From NCBI GenBank assembly GCA_049967855.1, contig JBMFRX010000003.1:35259-99258 (forward strand): a stretch of 64,000 nt of DNA, written 5' to 3'. Shown piece by piece: positions 17,088-26,990 of this stretch. Position numbers and translations under genes: made by a program. The stretch comes from Caldisericaceae bacterium (GTDB taxonomy: Bacteria > Caldisericota > Caldisericia > Caldisericales > Caldisericaceae). The notes below the pieces were generated by a model that ran no database searches, was not told where the DNA came from, and worked only from the letters and a program-made list of their open reading frames with translations. How positions within the stretch are numbered: position 1 is the stretch's first letter; every line of letters begins with the position of its first letter.

Positions 17088-18257
17088 TTACTTAAAGAGA
17101 TTTAGAGCTAACCTCGTATGCAACTCAACCCCAATCGCAAGGACATCTTCATCAAAATCAAAAAATGCAGAGTGATGAGGCTTATCAAGACCTTTCTCTT
17201 TGTTGGAGCTCCCCAGCCAGAAGTAAGCTCCTTTGACTTTTTGAAGGAAATAGGCCATATCCTCTCCACCCATTGAAATTGGTGCCTCAACCACATTATC
17301 GCCGCCAACAACAGTTGCAGCAATTTTTCTCACATAATTTGCAGATTCTTCATCATTTACTAAAGGCGGATATCCAAAGGAATAGCTTAGTTCAGCATCT
17401 CCTCCGAGTGCTTTTGCAATATTCTTGGCGATTCTTTCAATTCTTCCAGGCATTGACTTGGCTACAGACTCTTCAATAGTTCTAACAGTTCCTTCGAGTA
17501 TAGCTGTTTCTGGTATTACGTTGAAAGCATCTCCTGAGGAAATCTTGCCCACAGTGACAACAACTGAATCTATGGGATCAATTTCACGGGAAACGATAGA
17601 TTGCAGAGAAACAACAATCTGTGAAGCTATTAGAATTGGGTCAACGGACTTGTGAGGATATGCTCCGTGGCCTCCTTTGCCTTTAATTTTGATAACAAAG
17701 CTATCAGGTTCGGCCATAAAAGGACCATTCTTAATATAAACTGTCCCTGCAGGGAAAAAATTGCCAAGATGTAATCCAAATGCCCTGTCAACACTTGGGT
17801 TTTCAAGTATCCCCTCTTCAATCATTTTTATAGCTCCGCCAGGGTCTTTTTCTTCGGAGGGTTGGAAGGCAAATTTTACATTCACGTTTAATTCGTCTCT
17901 GTGTTTAGAAATGATTTTCGAAGCCACAAGTAACATCGCAGTATGGGCATCATGTCCACACGCATGCATTATGCCTGCATTTTTTGATTTGTAGGGCACA
18001 TCATTCAGCTCTTGAATAGGGAGGGCGTCCATATCTGCTCTCAGGAGCAAAGTCTTGGTTTTCCCTGCATCAAGATAACCCAGAACCCCCGTGCCAGCAA
18101 CAGTAGAAACATCTATTCCAACATTTCTGAGATACTCCTGAACGATTCGAGAAGTTCTTCTTTCCTCAAAACCAATCTCTGGATACATATGAAAATCTCT
18201 TCTCAAGCTTACAACTTCATCCTTCAATGCGAAGACTTCTTCACTCACTTTGTCCAT
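17088..18257 (-). CDS. M20D family amidohydrolase
   Basis: RRDFHMYPE, RADMDALP, MHACGHDAH, FQPSEE, GGHGAYPH, GGEDMA. Confidence 0.93.
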   Translation of the reverse strand: MDKVSEEVFALKDEVVSLRRDFHMYPEIGFEERRTSRIVQEYLRNVGIDVSTVAGTGVLGYLDAGKTKTLLLRADMDALPIQELNDVPYKSKNAGIMHACGHDAHTAMLLVASKIISKHRDELNVNVKFAFQPSEEKDPGGAIKMIEEGILENPSVDRAFGLHLGNFFPAGTVYIKNGPFMAEPDSFVIKIKGKGGHGAYPHKSVDPILIASQIVVSLQSIVSREIDPIDSVVVTVGKISSGDAFNVIPETAILEGTVRTIEESVAKSMPGRIERIAKNIAKALGGDAELSYSFGYPPLVNDEESANYVRKIAATVVGGDNVVEAPISMGGEDMAYFLQKVKGAYFWLGSSNKEKGLDKPHHSAFFDFDEDVLAIGVELHTRLALNLFK

Positions 18258-18275
18258 TGTTCCTCCCCGTTTAAA

Positions 18276-19697
18276 TTACTCATTTTCATCTTCTCCGTTC
18301 TGCATATTGTACTGCCTTAGTTTATTGAAAAGTGATTTTCTAGAAATGCCAAGGAGTTTTGCAGCTTTTGTTTTGTTGCCTTCGCACTCTGTAAGCGCTT
18401 TTGAAATTGCTTCTTTTTCAACAGAGGCAATTAGCTCTGGCAGAGGTATTATGCTGCTTACAGCATTTTCCACTTGCTTTTCAGTCTCCTTCGCATTGTA
18501 TATTCTCCTTTTTGCACCATCAACGATCTCTTTGGGTAAATTATCAATCATTATCATCGTGGAAGATGTTACAATGACTCCCCTTGCGATTGTGTTCTCG
18601 AGTTCTCTAACATTGCCAGGCCAATCATAACTTAAAAAGAGGTCAATAACCTCAGGAGAAACTGCTTTGACTTCTTTACCATATTTATTCGCAAACTTTT
18701 CCACAAAATATGATGTAAGCAAAGGTATATCTTCTTTTCTATCTCGTAACGTAGGAAGTGCTATCGTCACAATGTTGAGCCTGTAAAAAAGGTCTTCCCT
18801 GAAATTTCCTGAAGCAACCAGCTCTTCAAGGTTTCTGTTTGTAGCCGCAATAATCCGAGCACCTGTCACTATGGGCTCATTACCGCCAACTCGAGTAAAT
18901 GTTTTGTCTTGAAGGACTCTCAGGAGTTTTGCCTGCAAGTTAAGAGTCATATCCCCAATCTCATCAAGGAATATTGTTCCATCAGTTGCTTGCTCAAATT
19001 TACCGATGTGCCTTGATACAGCGTCAGTAAAAGAACCCTTTTCGTGACCGAATAGTTCTGACTCGAGAAGAGTCTCAGGAATTGCTGCGCAATTAACCAC
19101 CACAAAAGGCCTATCTTTCTTTTCGCTATGGTTGTGAAGAGCTTTGGCAACGAGCTCCTTGCCTGTTCCACTCTCTCCTCTTATAAGAACTGTCGCATCA
19201 GAATCCGCAACTCTTCCTATCTGCTTGTAAACTTCCTGCATAGGCAATGAATCGCCTATTATCTCATCTGAAGTGTACTGAAAATGATTCTTCGTTTTGA
19301 GTGTATTTTGAGTTATTTCCCTGAGGTCTATTGCTTTCTTTATCTTTATCTTTAATTCTTCTATATCAAACGGCTTAGTAAGATAATCGTAGGCTCCCTG
19401 CTTCATTGCTTTAATTGCCACGTCAGAGCTTCCATAAGCAGTAAGGAATATCACAGGAAGATGAGGATCAATCTCCTTAATCTTAAGAAAAGCCTCCATA
19501 CCATCAAGCTTTGGCATTCTAACGTCAAGCAAAGCGCAATCAAAATCGTGGTCCTTGGATTCAAAAGCCTTAACCGCTTCAGCTCCATTGTCATATATGA
19601 AGGGGAGGTATCCCTCGCTCTCAAGGACTTCCTTGAGAAGTACTCTCACGTTCTCCTCGTCGTCTGCAACAAGGATTCTATATTTGTAAGTTTTCAA
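18276..19697 (-). CDS. Sigma54-dependent response regulator (NtrC/AtoC type: receiver, AAA+, Fis HTH)
   Basis: ILVADDE, LLDVRMP, GESGTGKE, ESELFGHEKGSFTDA, FLDEIG, WPGNVRELEN, AAKLLGISR. Start taken as TTG 19697 after SD GAGGTG; the ORF track begins at 19727. Confidence 0.93.
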   Translation of the reverse strand: MKTYKYRILVADDEENVRVLLKEVLESEGYLPFIYDNGAEAVKAFESKDHDFDCALLDVRMPKLDGMEAFLKIKEIDPHLPVIFLTAYGSSDVAIKAMKQGAYDYLTKPFDIEELKIKIKKAIDLREITQNTLKTKNHFQYTSDEIIGDSLPMQEVYKQIGRVADSDATVLIRGESGTGKELVAKALHNHSEKKDRPFVVVNCAAIPETLLESELFGHEKGSFTDAVSRHIGKFEQATDGTIFLDEIGDMTLNLQAKLLRVLQDKTFTRVGGNEPIVTGARIIAATNRNLEELVASGNFREDLFYRLNIVTIALPTLRDRKEDIPLLTSYFVEKFANKYGKEVKAVSPEVIDLFLSYDWPGNVRELENTIARGVIVTSSTMIMIDNLPKEIVDGAKRRIYNAKETEKQVENAVSSIIPLPELIASVEKEAISKALTECEGNKTKAAKLLGISRKSLFNKLRQYNMQNGEDENE

Positions 19698-19698
19698 T

Positions 19699-21078
19699 TC
19701 ATTCACCTCGCGGGAGATAAATCGCAAAGGTTGTACCTTCTCCTTTGTGGCTCGAAACTTCTATTCTGCCCCCGTGCTCGCTCACTACCCTGTCCACAAT
19801 AGCAAGTCCAAGTCCAGTTCCCTCGGCCTTGGTCGTATAGAACGGCACAAATATATTCTTCATTTCATCGTCACTCAAACCAACACCCGTATCGCTAACT
19901 TTTATAAGTACCATATCACCAGATTGCTCACAACGCAAAGAGAGAGTGCCCTCTTCCCCCATTGCCTGAATTCCATTAATGAATAGATTTAGGAAAAGCT
20001 CTTCAAGCTTCTTTTCGTCGGCACTAATTTGAAAGTCGCCACAAATTATGTCAAATTGAATCTTTCTTTGAGAAGCATATTGCTTCGCCATTTCAACAAT
20101 GTGGTCAAAAAAAGGCCTCAGGTTTATGTGAGTCTTCTGAAGTTCCGCAGGCTTTCCGTACTTTAATAGGTCGTTAACAATGTTCTCAAGCCTCTCTGAT
20201 TCGGTCAATATTGGCTTTACGTAGCGCTCTTCTTCTTTGCCTTGCAGTTTCTTCATAAGAATCTGCGAGAAACCCTTAATCGAAGTCAAAGGATTTCTCA
20301 CTTCGTGAACAACTCCTGCGGTAAACATACCCAGGTTTCTCAACGATTCTGTCCGTTTCATTTCATTTATGCTTTTTTCCAGGCTCTCTGCCATGCTGTT
20401 CACGGATAGAGCTATATCGCCAATTTCTCCTCCGTAGTTTGGAAATCTGAAATCAAGGTTGCTCTCAAGTTTCTTAAGGCCTCTTCTTATAAGAATTATC
20501 TTATAAGTGAAGAACGATATGATAAGGAAAACTGCCAATGCCAGCGCTATAATACTGTAAAGGGTTACACGATTAATATCTTCCTGCATCTGTTTGACAG
20601 GCTTTAGCACAGTCGTATATGGCTCGTCCACAAAAACATATCCAGTTCTATCATCAAGAGTTTTGATGGAACTTACCACGGTTATTTTGTTATCAAGAGT
20701 GTAGGTTGCATTACCGTTATACGATGCCTTGGAATCAAGAAAAGGTATATAATAGCCAAACTCAAGATCTGGGAAACTGCTTGTGAAAGAAGCAAAATAA
20801 TCCTGGAATACTGGCTTCAAGAACAATGTAATGTAAAGATTCTGCTCGCTCTCTTTCATTGAGGCAAAGTTTCTCGAAACGTATTCTGAAGAGTACATTT
20901 TATTGAACCTGTCGGCAATCTGAGATGATATAACAGAAAGTCTTTTTGTCTCTATTTCTACAGTATTTGTTGCAACGCTCTTCATAACAATCGAAGTTAT
21001 GAAAGTTACATTGAAAATCACAAACAAAAGAAGAACAATCGTAAGCTGGAACCTCATTGATTGGAAGAATCTCTTCAT
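19699..21078 (-). CDS. Membrane sensor histidine kinase (NtrB/AtoS-like)
   Basis: Two TM segments, H-box VVHEVRNPL, N-box LFINGIQAM, DTGVG, FYTTK, GTGLGL. Confidence 0.93.
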   Translation of the reverse strand: MKRFFQSMRFQLTIVLLLFVIFNVTFITSIVMKSVATNTVEIETKRLSVISSQIADRFNKMYSSEYVSRNFASMKESEQNLYITLFLKPVFQDYFASFTSSFPDLEFGYYIPFLDSKASYNGNATYTLDNKITVVSSIKTLDDRTGYVFVDEPYTTVLKPVKQMQEDINRVTLYSIIALALAVFLIISFFTYKIILIRRGLKKLESNLDFRFPNYGGEIGDIALSVNSMAESLEKSINEMKRTESLRNLGMFTAGVVHEVRNPLTSIKGFSQILMKKLQGKEEERYVKPILTESERLENIVNDLLKYGKPAELQKTHINLRPFFDHIVEMAKQYASQRKIQFDIICGDFQISADEKKLEELFLNLFINGIQAMGEEGTLSLRCEQSGDMVLIKVSDTGVGLSDDEMKNIFVPFYTTKAEGTGLGLAIVDRVVSEHGGRIEVSSHKGEGTTFAIYLPRGE

Positions 21079-22041
21079 CTAAACCGACACTTCCTCTATA
21101 GTTCTGTATAAATCATAGTTAATTCTCTTCTCTTTCTTTACTGCATCTTCAAGCGGAATTAAGGTTATTTTATTGTCTCTGATACCCACAAGCTTTCCGC
21201 TTTCTCCCATAAGCAGTTGATTGACGGCTTCTTCTGCAAAAAGAGTCGCAATAATTCTGTCAAACCTTGTAGGAGAACCGCCCCGCTGTATGTATCCCAA
21301 AACCGAAATTCTTATATCTACATCCTGTATGTGCGATTTTATAAGCTTCTCAAGGTCTTGAGCGTGGATAGCTCCTTCAGCGCAGACAATCATATGGTGC
21401 ATTTTATTTTTTGCGATACCGTTTTTTATATTTTCAATTATTTTTTGAATATCAAACTTAACTTCAGGAACAAGCACAATATCAGCCCCTGAAGCAAGTC
21501 CTGCATCAAGAGCTATAAAACCCTTGTCTCTCCCCATTACCTCAATTACAAATGAGCGAGCATGAGAAGTTGCAGTGTCTCTTATCTTATCAATCGCCTG
21601 AATAGCAGTATTCACGGCAGTATCAAAGCCTATAGTATAATCTGTCCCCCAAAGGTCATTATCAATAGTTGAAGCAACGCCCATAGTACGAAATCCCTTT
21701 TCAGCAATTGACAGATTGCCAGTCTGAGAACCGTTGCCACCTATAACCACAAGCCCTTCAATACCTTCGCTTTTCAAATTATCGATTGCTTTATACTGGT
21801 ATTCAGCACTCTTGAAATCTTCGTCTCTGCTTGTCATAAGAGCTGTCCCGCCCTTTTCAAGCAGACCGCTTACATCACGAGGCTTCATCAGGTGAAAATC
21901 TTTTTCCACAAGGCCTTTGTAACCATAATGCACTCCAACAACTTCAAGACCTCTTGCGTTGCCAATTCTTACAACGCTCCTGATTGCTGCATTCATACCA
22001 GGAGCATCTCCTCCTGAAGTAAGAACAGCTATCCGTTTCAT
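21079..22041 (-). CDS. pfkA: 6-phosphofructokinase, predicted ATP-dependent
   Basis: LTSGGDAPGMNAAIR, GGNGS, ASTIDND, IEVMGR, LGYIQRGG; Gly at the position equivalent to E. coli G104. Confidence 0.9.
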   Translation of the reverse strand: MKRIAVLTSGGDAPGMNAAIRSVVRIGNARGLEVVGVHYGYKGLVEKDFHLMKPRDVSGLLEKGGTALMTSRDEDFKSAEYQYKAIDNLKSEGIEGLVVIGGNGSQTGNLSIAEKGFRTMGVASTIDNDLWGTDYTIGFDTAVNTAIQAIDKIRDTATSHARSFVIEVMGRDKGFIALDAGLASGADIVLVPEVKFDIQKIIENIKNGIAKNKMHHMIVCAEGAIHAQDLEKLIKSHIQDVDIRISVLGYIQRGGSPTRFDRIIATLFAEEAVNQLLMGESGKLVGIRDNKITLIPLEDAVKKEKRINYDLYRTIEEVSV

Positions 22042-23057
22042 CTCCTTAAGACCTCGGCAAGCTCAATCCACTCATTTGAAACCGTTTTGAGGTGTCCACA
22101 GGCATCTTCTAATGGTATAGAAATTATATTTTCTCCAGAGAGTGCTGCCATTTTACCAAATTCACCGTTGTGTATCATTTCTACAGCCTTTACTCCCGTT
22201 CGTGTTGCAAGAATTCTATCAAAAACAGTAGGCGGCCCCCCACGTTGAATGTGACCGATGACGGCACTCCTTACTGAAACGCCCGTATTTTTCTCAATCA
22301 AGTCTGCAACAAACTGACACACGCCTTTTCTCTGGAGGAGCGCATGCCCAAACTGGTCAATCTCGGTGCTTTCACCATCTCCAATGTCAATACCTTCTGA
22401 AACTACAACAAGAGCGTATCCTTTCTTCTCATATGCGTTCCTGAGGTGAGAATACATTTTCTCAAAGTCAGGCTTCTCCTCAGGGATAAGTATCCAATCA
22501 GCTCCACCGGCAATTCCAGTGTACAATGCAACCCACCCTGCTTCTCTTCCCATAACTTCGAGCACAATAATCCGCTTGTGAGATTTAGCAGTATCTCTCA
22601 ATCTTGATAGAGCATCAACAGATACTTCAACCGAAGTATTAAAACCGAAAGTGGAATCGGTTCCCGAGAGGTCGTTATCCATTGTTTTCGGGACACCAAC
22701 CACAGGCAGTTTTAGAAGTTTGTGCACCTTCAATGCAACCCCAAGAGTGTCGTCTCCTCCAATTGCAACCAATGCATCCAAGCCAAACTTAGTGAATGTC
22801 TCAACAATCTTTGCGTCTCCGCCTTCAATTTTGAAAGGATTTGTGCGCGACGTAAAAAGTATGGTGCCACCTTCATCTATAATATCATCAACATCATCTA
22901 TAGAAAGCTCTCTTGACTTCCCTTCAATGATTCCTTTCCAGCCTTCTTCAAAACCAATCACTTCATCTCCTAATGATGAAGCTTTGAAAACAATGCCTCT
23001 GATTGCGGGATTAAGTCCTGGACAATCTCCGCCACCTGTAAGAACTCCTATCTTCAT
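22038..23057 (-). CDS. Phosphofructokinase, predicted PPi-dependent (short group III type)
   Basis: LTGGGDCPGLN, GGDD, PKTMDND, LEVMGR, GHIQRGG. Confidence 0.85.
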   Translation of the reverse strand: MKIGVLTGGGDCPGLNPAIRGIVFKASSLGDEVIGFEEGWKGIIEGKSRELSIDDVDDIIDEGGTILFTSRTNPFKIEGGDAKIVETFTKFGLDALVAIGGDDTLGVALKVHKLLKLPVVGVPKTMDNDLSGTDSTFGFNTSVEVSVDALSRLRDTAKSHKRIIVLEVMGREAGWVALYTGIAGGADWILIPEEKPDFEKMYSHLRNAYEKKGYALVVVSEGIDIGDGESTEIDQFGHALLQRKGVCQFVADLIEKNTGVSVRSAVIGHIQRGGPPTVFDRILATRTGVKAVEMIHNGEFGKMAALSGENIISIPLEDACGHLKTVSNEWIELAEVLRR

Positions 23058-23536
23058 AGTTTACCTCCATTGTTTAGTATGTCTATTGTTTTGTTCAATG
23101 CAATCTCAACAGTTTTTAAACGTATTTGTTCCCTTGAACCTGCAAGGTGTTCTTCAAATGTGAATGTTTTTTCTTTTGTAGCAACGCCTACATAAACAAG
23201 CCCAACAGGCTTTCCTTCAACTGCTGCTGGCCCAGCAATCCCTGTAGTTGAAATAGCAAGGTCTGACATAAAAATCGCTCGCACTCGTCTCGCAAGCTCG
23301 TAAGCTACTTCAGCACTTACAGTTCCAAAATTGTCAACAATTTGCACTGGTACTTTCACAATTTGCTCTTTAGCAAACACGCTATAAACAACGATGCCGC
23401 CCAAATAATATTCGGAGCTGCCGCTCACGTCAGTGATGACTTTGCTGAGCAATCCCCCTGTGAGAGATTCCGCAACACTCAGAGTAAGCCTTCTCTTGAG
23501 GAGCAATTTGCTTAATTCAATCTCATAACCTTCCAT
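23054..23536 (-). CDS. pncC: NMN deamidase, CinA C-terminal domain
   Basis: SVAESLTGGL, SGSSEYYLGG, GTVSAEVA, STTGIAGP, KPVGLVY; start set to ATG 23536. Confidence 0.9.
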   Translation of the reverse strand: MEGYEIELSKLLLKRRLTLSVAESLTGGLLSKVITDVSGSSEYYLGGIVVYSVFAKEQIVKVPVQIVDNFGTVSAEVAYELARRVRAIFMSDLAISTTGIAGPAAVEGKPVGLVYVGVATKEKTFTFEEHLAGSREQIRLKTVEIALNKTIDILNNGGKL

Positions 23537-23571
23537 TGAGTAAATTTTACACAATTTATGAAATTATGCAA
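23535..23571 (-). promoter_or_regulatory. pncC operon promoter (TTGCAT-N16-TAAAAT) with a 21-bp palindrome over the -10 and start
   Basis: -35 at 23566-23571, -10 at 23544-23549, ATG 7 nt further, no SD; ATTGAGTAAA-T-TTTACACAAT at 23535-23555. Confidence 0.55.
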
Positions 23572-23714
23572 CAGCCCAAGAAAAACAGACTTAACACGAC
23601 CGTTTCTTTTCATTTTTAAATCCTCCCAGGACAATTAATAAAATCAATCATCTCTGCTATAATATACCAAATAAACTTGCAGGAAAATAAATATAAAAAC
23701 AAAAGGAGTTTAAA

Positions 23715-25439
23715 ATGAGACTAACTAATTTCTTTTTGCCGACTCTCAGGGAAGAGCCGCAAGATGCAGAAATTGAAAGCCATAAATTGATGCTTAAGGC
23801 TTCACTGATAAGAAAGGTTGCCGCAGGAGTGTATTCATATTTGCCCCTTGGTTTGATGGCTCTCAAGAAGGTTGAAGATATCATCAGGGATGAAATGAAC
23901 AAAGCAGGAGCAATAGAACTTCTATTTCCCGCAATAATGCCAAGAGAGCTCTGGGAAGAAACTGGAAGATGGGCAATTTACGGAGATGAAATGTTCAGAC
24001 TGAAAGACCGCAAATCCAGAGAGTTCTGCCTTGGTCCAACTCATGAGGAGGCAGTTGTAGACCTTGCAAGAAACGAGATGCGCTCTTACAAGGAACTTCC
24101 AAAAACCTTTTATCAAATACAGACAAAATACAGAGACGAGATAAGGCCAAGATTCGGGCTAATCAGAGCAAGAGAGTTTGTAATGAAAGATGCATACTCT
24201 TTTGATGAATCAGAGGAAGCACTTGAAAAAAGTTACTCCAAAATGTACGAAGCCTACACGAATATCTTTAGGAGGTGCGGACTTACAACCACCCCGATAG
24301 AGGCTGATTCAGGAGCTATCGGAGGAAAGGTTTCACATGAATTTGTTGTAGAGTCGGAAATGGGAGGAGAAAGTGCCTATGTTTTCTGTCCTAAGTGCCA
24401 CTATGCTTCAAATGTTGAAGCTGCAAAGTCTTCCACAGCAGATAGCGTTGATACTGAAGATGAAAAGGAAATGAGTAAAGTTGAAACTTTTGACAATAAG
24501 ACAATAGAGCAAGTCTCGACATTTCTCAAAATAAGCAAAAACAAAACAGTCAAGTCCTTAGTATATAAGGCTGATGAGGAATTTGTGCTTGCATTGGTTA
24601 GAGGTGACGACGACTTAAACGAGATAAAACTCAAGAACCTGTTGGGGGTCAAATTCATTGAACCAGCAAGTGAGAAAGAAATCTACGAGAAATTGAATAC
24701 AAACATAGGCTCAATAGGTCCTGTAAACTGTGATTTGAGAATAATCGTTGACCTTAGAGTAACCAAAATGAAGAACTTCGTGACTGGAGCAAACATTGAC
24801 GGGTTTCATTATGTCAACGTTAACATAGGAAGAGACTTCAAGCCAAGCCTCGTTGCTGATTTAAGAAACGTCAGAGAAGGTGATTTGTGCCCTAAATGTG
24901 GTACCCCCTTGCAGATGAAGGAAGGAATCGAACTTGGTCACACATTCAAACTTGGTACCAAATACTCAGAAAAAATGAAAGCAACATTCCTCGACAGAGA
25001 AGGCAAGGAGCAGCTCTACGTTATGGGATGCTATGGCATTGGAGTGGGAAGGACACTACAATCGGTCGTTGAACAGCATCATGATGATAAAGGCATTAAG
25101 TGGCCAGTATCAATTTCTCCTTTCGACATCGAAATTCTCCCACTTAACTACTCCGACGTTGAAACCAGAGATTTCGCAGACTTACTTTATACAAAACTAA
25201 CAAAAGATGGCTACGAGACACTCCTTGATGACAGAACTGAAGCAACTGCAGGTGTAAAATTCAATGATGCTGACTTAATTGGCTGTCCAATTCAGATTGT
25301 TATCGGAAGGACATTCAAGACTGATAACAAAATCGAAATGAAAATAAGGCAGACCGGAGAAAAACTTAGGTTATCGCAAGATGAACTTGGAAATTTTCTT
25401 AAGAACTATTTTGAGGCAGCCTACAAAAGCCTATCATAA
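23715..25439 (+). CDS. proS: Proline-tRNA ligase (bacterial type with INS editing domain)
   Basis: LGPTHEE, YRDEIRPRFGLIRAREF, GSIGP, IELGHTFKLGTKYS, MGCYGIG; SD AGGAG; extended -10 TGCTATAAT near 23655. Confidence 0.98.
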   Translation: MRLTNFFLPTLREEPQDAEIESHKLMLKASLIRKVAAGVYSYLPLGLMALKKVEDIIRDEMNKAGAIELLFPAIMPRELWEETGRWAIYGDEMFRLKDRKSREFCLGPTHEEAVVDLARNEMRSYKELPKTFYQIQTKYRDEIRPRFGLIRAREFVMKDAYSFDESEEALEKSYSKMYEAYTNIFRRCGLTTTPIEADSGAIGGKVSHEFVVESEMGGESAYVFCPKCHYASNVEAAKSSTADSVDTEDEKEMSKVETFDNKTIEQVSTFLKISKNKTVKSLVYKADEEFVLALVRGDDDLNEIKLKNLLGVKFIEPASEKEIYEKLNTNIGSIGPVNCDLRIIVDLRVTKMKNFVTGANIDGFHYVNVNIGRDFKPSLVADLRNVREGDLCPKCGTPLQMKEGIELGHTFKLGTKYSEKMKATFLDREGKEQLYVMGCYGIGVGRTLQSVVEQHHDDKGIKWPVSISPFDIEILPLNYSDVETRDFADLLYTKLTKDGYETLLDDRTEATAGVKFNDADLIGCPIQIVIGRTFKTDNKIEMKIRQTGEKLRLSQDELGNFLKNYFEAAYKSLS

Positions 25440-25444
25440 AAAAC

Positions 25445-25469
25445 GGGGGCCTTTGCCCCCTCCTTTTTT
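25445..25469 (+). terminator. Intrinsic terminator between convergent proS and fabF
   Basis: GGGGGC-CTTT-GCCCCC followed by TCCTTTTTT; the upstream A run suggests it works in both directions. Confidence 0.8.
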
Positions 25470-25489
25470 AGTACCCAGCAGTAATAAAC

Positions 25490-26728
25490 TTAATCAGAAA
25501 ACTTTTTGTAAACGAGTACTGTGTTATGTCCTCCAAACCCAAAAGCATTCTTAATTGCAACTCTAACTTCCTTTTCTCTTGGCTTATTAGGAACATAGTC
25601 AAGGTCACAATCAGGGTCTTTCTCCTCGTAATTCACAGTGGGGAAAATGACACCCTTGTCAAGTGTAAGAACTGTTGCCACCGACTCGATACCAGAAGCA
25701 GCACCCATAAGATGTCCTGTCATAGACTTAGTTGAGGAGACTGGGATACTGTAAGCCCGCTCTCCAAAAAACTCCTTAATTGCAAAAGTCTCATTCTTAT
25801 CGTTCAGTGGGGTCGATGTCCCGTGGGCATTTATGTAATCGACATCTTCCTTATTGACGCCTGCGTGAGACAGAGCAAGTGACATCGCCCTTACTATCTG
25901 TTTTGCCGAAGGATCTGGAGCTGTAACATGATAAGCATCGTTTGTGGTGCCGTAACCTGCAAGCTCAGCATAAATTTTTGCTCCTCTTGCCTTAGCATGA
26001 CTGAGCGACTCAAGGATAAGCACTCCTGCTCCTTCACCCATTACAAAACCATCGCGACCTTTGTCAAAAGGTCTTGAGGCGTGTTCAGGGTCATCATTCC
26101 TGCGAGATAAAGCTCTCATAGAGGCAAACGCAGCTACCGCCAGGGGAGTTATTCCAGCATCAGCTCCGCCTGCGACAATAACGTCAAGATCGCCTCTCTG
26201 TATCGCATAAAGTGCCTCTCCGATAGTCTTGGACGTCGAAGCACAGGCGCCAACTGCTGCAAAAGTTTCACCCTTGAACCCATACTTTAAAGCAATATAA
26301 GAAGGTATCGCATCAATAATCATCTGAGTCACAAGATAAGGGCTAACTCTATCAGGACCCCTATCTCTGTATTGGTTGACCTGGTCTTCTACAGAGCGGA
26401 GTCCACCAACTCCTGAGGTAACATAAACACCAATTCTCTCAAGATCCTCTCTTGAGCTATCAAGGCCTGAATTCTTGATTGCTTCGCTTGCAGCAGCAAA
26501 GGCAAATTGCTGTACCTTATCAAGTCTACTTGCTTCTCGTTTGTCAACAAACTCCTCAGGGTTAAAACCTTTTACTTCGCCTGCTATCTGAACAGAGTGC
26601 TTTGAAGCATCAAATTGTGTGATTTTTGATATTCCAGACACACCGTTCATCAGGCTTTCATAAAACGCATTCACCCCAATCCCAACGGGGGAAACTACTC
26701 CAAGTCCAGTAATAACTACCCTTTCCAT
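25490..26728 (-). CDS. fabF: 3-oxoacyl-ACP synthase II
   Basis: RVVITGLG, GACAS, SRPFDKGRDGFVMGEG, NAHGTST, KSMTGHLMGA, FGFGGHN. Confidence 0.97.
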   Translation of the reverse strand: MERVVITGLGVVSPVGIGVNAFYESLMNGVSGISKITQFDASKHSVQIAGEVKGFNPEEFVDKREASRLDKVQQFAFAAASEAIKNSGLDSSREDLERIGVYVTSGVGGLRSVEDQVNQYRDRGPDRVSPYLVTQMIIDAIPSYIALKYGFKGETFAAVGACASTSKTIGEALYAIQRGDLDVIVAGGADAGITPLAVAAFASMRALSRRNDDPEHASRPFDKGRDGFVMGEGAGVLILESLSHAKARGAKIYAELAGYGTTNDAYHVTAPDPSAKQIVRAMSLALSHAGVNKEDVDYINAHGTSTPLNDKNETFAIKEFFGERAYSIPVSSTKSMTGHLMGAASGIESVATVLTLDKGVIFPTVNYEEKDPDCDLDYVPNKPREKEVRVAIKNAFGFGGHNTVLVYKKFSD

Positions 26729-26729
26729 T

Positions 26730-26972
26730 CTACTTTAGGTGTTCCTGAATGTAGGCAACTGTACTTCCAACGGTAGTAATTTTCTCAATATCCTCATCGG
26801 GAATCTTCATACCAAACTCATCCTCAAGTGCCATTGCAATGTCAACGAGAGTGAGTGAGTCAGCCCCGAGGTCGTCAACATACTTAGCAGAATCGACAAT
26901 TTTGTCGTCTTCTACTCCCAACTTGTCTTTTACTACCTTTGCAACTTTCTCTCTAATTTCTTTTTCTTCCAT
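26730..26972 (-). CDS. acpP: Acyl carrier protein
   Basis: DLGADSL phosphopantetheine site, LEDEFG, IPDED. Confidence 0.96.
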   Translation of the reverse strand: MEEKEIREKVAKVVKDKLGVEDDKIVDSAKYVDDLGADSLTLVDIAMALEDEFGMKIPDEDIEKITTVGSTVAYIQEHLK

Positions 26973-26990
26973 TGTTAACCTCCTAAATTT

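Noticed and set aside
16981..17175. 64-aa plus-strand ORF in the rpsB/amidohydrolase gap
   Set aside because: Overlaps the amidohydrolase 3' end on the opposite strand, no SD or motif.
23556..23573. Rex-like box TTATGAAATTATGCAACA upstream of pncC
   Set aside because: Four mismatches to TTGTGAA-N4-TTCACAA in AT-rich DNA; too weak.
23640..23714. T-box riboswitch upstream of proS
   Set aside because: Only about 50 nt between the -10 box and ATG and no T-box consensus.
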